Positions 8,150-12,457 of a stretch of DNA of 12,457 bases are shown in pieces (the first letter of the stretch is position 1; each line of letters opens with the position of its first letter). The position numbers and the translations under genes are program-made. The notes under the pieces were generated by a model. It was not told the DNA's origin. It saw only the letters and a program-made list of their open reading frames with translations, and made no database searches. The stretch is from Azolla caroliniana. Taxonomy: Eukaryota > Plantae > Polypodiophyta. The stretch covers positions 1-12,457 of the forward strand of contig JBHGNT010001063.1 of assembly GCA_043228905.1 (NCBI GenBank), written 5' to 3'.

Positions 8150-9650
8150 CCAGAGTTAATGCCAATGGTTGTGTCAATTTAGAAAAACCTCTTATGAATT
8201 GGAGAAAGACACTTTTAGATTTTGGAGTTTTTATGTGAATACTGAACATCCTCTTCTTCTTTTTAAATCTTGTAAAAGCTAAGATATTACTCTGGGTTGT
8301 ACTTGTAAAAGTACACTATTCCTTATTGTGGTGTCCTTATGGAGGCCAATTCGAAGGCCCTAATGATTGGTTGTCGCACAAACAATTACTCTTGTTTTAG
8401 GAGACTAACATTGGTTTTCACTATAAACTATATCATTGAGGAAGAAGACCCATTTTTTCATTAATGGTTTTCCCTTGTTGGAAAGTTAATGGGTCGTTTC
8501 TCATACAACAAAGGGGTGATGTATGTTTATGTTGCTTTTGAATCACAGTTAGAATATCCATGGGATTAACCTAGGTAAGCTTGTATCCAGTCCTTCGGTT
8601 ATTGTTTTGAGTCAATTAAAATGTCAGGCATCTCACAAAATGGATGCTTTTTTCTAGTAGTACCTTTATTGAGGTATTTATAAGATAGGAAACACAACAT
8701 TTTTGCCTTTATTAAGCAAGAAGAACAAATTGAAAGACATGTTTCTTGATGGTCATTCTCGACTTTGAATCTTACAACATTGCCATGACATGCCACTGGT
8801 TGGATATTTGGAATCTATAAGTCTTTATAGCTAGTTTCTATAAGTCAATGGTTGGATTTTTGTAAATTGCTTAACCTCCTCTAGACTGCTTGAAAACTCT
8901 CTTTAAGTTATCATCTAGAGATTCACTATCAAACATTGGAGCAATCATTAACAGGGTGATTAGATTGACTTTTTGTACATCGTTTATAATAATTTGGGTC
9001 ATTCTTCCATTAGATACACTCATTTCTTTGCCAATAGGATGTCATCCTTATTATATGATGCTTGAATATATGGAAATTTTGAAAAAAAATCCATTGTTGA
9101 GGATTGTTTATTTGACTTTGAGAGATTCCATTTCTCTTTCTGATGATGTACGTGATATGCAAACCACACAAAAGAAATTTGTAAATTGTCACCGTCTCAT
9201 ATTTACTTTAGGAAATATCATACATGTCACCAAACCTTGTACCAAACAAGTTTGATTATCCAAGTCTTGATTTATATGTAATCTTTACCATATCAATGAA
9301 CTTATGCTTTGTCTTCATATATTCCCTCTTTGTATGCATCTTTGTGTTCTGTGTACCACTTTCGGAACCTTATGCCTTGAGCTCAATTCTAGATTGTGTT
9401 GTTACTCCCTCATTTCATGTTGAGATCCATGGTCTAAAATATGAGGTAACAACCCTTTTGGACTCTAAGTTTGTGCACATCAAATCATCTTACTTGGTTG
9501 ATTGATAGGTTGTACACTTGGGAGTTCGTTGACAATGGCACAAAACTTGTAGTTGAACTTCATAATTGATATCCCAATAAGCCAAGTCCCAAATCGTGCA
9601 TAATGAGTTGTGGAACTCATCATCAAAGGAATGGGATAATGTCACGTGTA
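8150..9650 (-). mobile_element. Highly degenerate, internally deleted LINE-like (RTE-type?) relic; boundaries approximate
   Basis: Minus-strand remnants in the expected order: THYARFGTWLIG/DIN (~9606-9565; like endonuclease WLLGDFN), ETSYKDL (~8838-8818; like RT SYKYLG), LRIGLHK (~8357-8337) and EEED (~8239-8228; like the C-terminal Zn-finger region). Each motif is weak on its own. Confidence 0.45.
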
Positions 9651-9770
9651 TTTATACAAAATGTGATAAACATCATAGACCCATGACATTTTTAAAAGAT
9701 AAGTGTAATTCTAACTCGTAAGATATATCATATAATATGTAATAATTATTCTTACGCTATATAAGTTATC

Positions 9771-9793
9771 ATATATATATATATATATATATA
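9771..9793. repeat. (AT)n microsatellite
   Basis: 23-nt uninterrupted AT run. Confidence 0.95.
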
Positions 9794-10374
9794 GATTCTA
9801 GTTGTTTAACATTTTTAAACATGCGGATTACGTTGTTGGGTTAATTATCAATTGTATATGTATTCGTGTGGAATGTAAGAGAATTTAAGTGAGACTTGCT
9901 TGAGTCATTAAACTTGAGGATGATTTGACACGTGTACATACTGACATTAGGGTAGACACTAATTCGCTCCAATCTACGATATTTGTGTGGCGAGAAGACT
10001 GTATTGGTGAAGAAGTGAGTTAGGGAGGAGATCCCACAATCCCATATGTCTTTCAGAACCAAATGTAATGTTAAGGATTAAAGGATTAAAGTGATGCTTA
10101 AAGGTTTTGATAGAATTTTATGTAAACTCTCCATGCGAGTTTTCAAATTTGATAGGGTTGGGGGAATCGGATATTGAATTTATTCTCCTAATTGATTCAT
10201 TGTTAATTACATTTTCCTCATTATTGTTTCATAAATTGTTTCTAATCATACCCTAATTTTCGTTACTATGTACTAGCCTGCCTCTTCTGTTTTTAACTTT
10301 TGGCTTGCTTTCCAAGCAGCCCAAGGTCCGTAGGGTTGAAAATGATTACAGATAGATTATGTACATATGTAGAT

Positions 10375-10476
10375 TACATACATACATACATACATACATG
10401 GATGGATGGCGAGGTATCTAACTAGACATATGAACAGTTACAGAAGGCTCTATGTATGTATGTATGTATGTATGTA
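10375..10476. repeat. Inverted pair of tetranucleotide microsatellites, (TACA)6T and (ATGT)6A
   Basis: 10375-10399 is the exact reverse complement of 10452-10476, with a 52-nt spacer. Confidence 0.9.
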
Positions 10477-10527
10477 TCTAGACAGTCAAAATCGATCTGA
10501 TCCTAAGACAACCTCTGCGTCGTGAAG

Positions 10528-11539
10528 ATGAAGATGAAGGTGCAGACTGAAATTGTCTATCTTATTCTTCTCCTTTTCTTGTTCTCCTCCTCAACCTCTG
10601 CGTCCCATCACCATGCGGATCTGAAAACAAAGAAGCCTCGTCAAATCCTCTTCTCTACGCACTCGCCCAACCCCTGGTCTCGAACCACTCGTTGGGCTTC
10701 GACTTCGATTCCTGACATAGGAGGAACCACTCCTGGAGATCGGCAGCATGCCAGAAATACAACTGGTCGGATTTCCGAAGGCGACCCTCATGTTATTTTG
10801 TTATCTGAAAACCACATAGATGGCAGAAATGCCACTATTTTGATCCCTGAAAACAGCCCACTTGCAGGAAATACCACTATTAGTGATGTTCACGCACATA
10901 ACTGTGAAACCTCAAAACCGCCCTCTTACATTTATTCAGTATTCAAAGGTTTAGTTTGGCAAGATTGTGAAGGAAAGAGCAATACATTATCACGAGCAGT
11001 AGTGAATGTGGCATGGCTTCTGGTGCTCTTCTATCTCTTAGGAACAACGGCGTCTGATTACTTCAGCCGTACTCTGGAGAAACTATCAAATGCATGGAAT
11101 CTCTCCCCTGCTGTGGCAGGAGTCACACTGCTTGCCATTGGCAATGGTGCTCCTGATGTTTTCTCGAGTGTAGCAGCTTTTACCTCATCTGACAGTTCTG
11201 GAAGTATCGGTTTTAGCTGTGTCTTAGGTGGTGCCTTGTTTATTACGACTGTTGTCTCCGGCACTGTTGCCCTTGTCACCGAAACGCTCCCGAAAAAAGA
11301 GAATGTAAAGATGGCATCAAGTGACATCAATTTCATTAGTTTTGTCCGCGATGCTGTGTTTTTGTTGGCTTCTTCATGTGTTCTTACCCTAATTCTAATA
11401 GATGGGAAGATTCACTTATGGGAATCTGCCTCATTTTTGGGTATTTATGCTGTCTATGCAGTTTCTGTTTGGGGTTCCGAAATGCTTGACAATCATCACA
11501 AAGAAAAGTCAGCAATCCTCGAACCTCTTCTATCTGAAG
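10528..11539 (+). CDS. CCX: Cation/calcium exchanger (CCX, CaCA superfamily), first coding exon; partial
   Basis: First ATG at 10528, then a signal-peptide-like hydrophobic stretch. LFYLLGTTASDYF, the alpha-1 repeat SPAVAGVTLLAIGNGAPDVFSS (CCX GNG(A/S)PD signature), LGGALFITTVV and FVRD are all present. Homology stops at LEPLLSE, at a donor AG|GTAACC (11540), followed by AT-rich sequence. Confidence 0.93.
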
Positions 11540-12457
11540 GTAACCCATCAATCTTTTTTCTCTTAGGAAAGAAAGTTTTTAATGCTCGTTTCTTCTAATG
11601 GCTGGAGTAAACCTGTGTGATGTTAAATCCTATGTTAACAAATCTTATACTAAGCATAAGGTTATTTTATTTTAGAATAAAATTCAAACAGAATTTGTTC
11701 CCTATATAGAAAATTACAAACGTCTAATTTCAAAATTTTAAAGACTTTTTATAGTGCCTCGGGAATATCTGTTCTAACCTGGATTTCTTAACTCTGTCCT
11801 GAGTTGCACATAAAGCAACCTGCTTAAATTTACTATACATGCTGAATTCTTGTAGTTCTTTTGCATTTGCCCGATGTTTTTGTGCGTCTGTCAGACCATT
11901 TTGAAAATGTCTTTTCTTTTAGCTGAATGAACTCAATATATCGAGGTTTTATTTCACTTGATGCAGCTGGGTTCACATAAGGCTGGAAATAGCATTTAAA
12001 TGTGACTTGGAAAGAACTGGCAGAATTTTTTGTTTACATAGCCATGTTGAAAATTCTTGTGAATTCTGCTTGAAACCAATTCGAGGAGTGTGGAAAAGCT
12101 GTGTTATGTATGATGTTTGCTTCCATTACATGTGATCCAGGCTGCCTGATTTTACATGATAAGTTAGAGAATATCAAAAGAGCCTATCCTGATTTTATCA
12201 TCTTGGAACCATAGACGAGTCCAAGGGGGAGGATTACAGGTTGTCCGGGTGCAATATCATGACGATAGTGATAAAAGGCATTTTGAGGTATTTTTCAGAT
12301 TCTTACGGAAATCAGACAGCATGATCAATGCATATATAGTATCTAATGATTTGACTACAACATAGACAAGCAAGAAAAAGTGAAATGACAACTTGCTTTA
12401 GAGAAAGGGCATTTTGAACCATTTCTTTGCTCAAAAACAAAGCTCGATCAAAAGATT
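11540..12457 (+). other. Probable intron of the CCX gene (phase 1), continuing past the window end
   Basis: GT donor at 11540, AT-rich and no CCX-like coding sequence. Candidate acceptors at ~11922, 11966 and 12140 all lead quickly to stops. Confidence 0.65.

Noticed and set aside
8599-10062. ORFs 8599-8796, 8890-9255, 9010-9192, 9224-9505 and 9841-10062
   Set aside because: No convincing protein motifs as standalone genes. Most overlap the degenerate LINE-like relic.
11540-11598. Last ~19 codons of the 358-aa ORF (GNPSIFFLLGKKVFNARFF)
   Set aside because: Probable read-through into intron past the GT donor, with no CCX similarity. The GTG at 10522 is also rejected as start in favour of ATG 10528.
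12141-12214. Possible second CCX exon after CCAG at 12140
   Set aside because: The phase-1 frame hits TAG after ~24 codons and shows no CCX similarity.
12368-12396. Third copy of the AAGCAAGAA..AAAG(T)TGAAA motif
   Set aside because: Short, purine-rich and low-complexity, so likely chance.

Overview
Eukaryotic land-plant genomic DNA. The TE families look most like those I associate with ferns or other non-seed plants, but that is inference only. Bases 1-7484 are a stack of decayed transposons. 1-2528 is the right end of a CACTA DNA transposon, with a terminal TAGTG, a palindromic subterminal array and a spliced, pseudogenised helical/RING-H2 cargo gene. Next come three minus-strand LTR retrotransposon 5' halves (LTR-PBS-gag): a Ty3/gypsy element with a Tf1-like self-priming PBS, a second Ty3/gypsy with gag-protease, and a Ty1/copia with a tRNA-iMet PBS. 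To the right are an orphan C-terminal fragment of a cation/calcium exchanger (CCX) gene (7685-7990), a highly degenerate LINE-like relic (~8150-9650), microsatellites, and the first coding exon of an apparently intact CCX gene (10528-11539) followed by a probable intron running off the window. The best leads are the RING-H2 gene inside the CACTA end and the self-priming gypsy LTR. All counts and alignments were done by eye.
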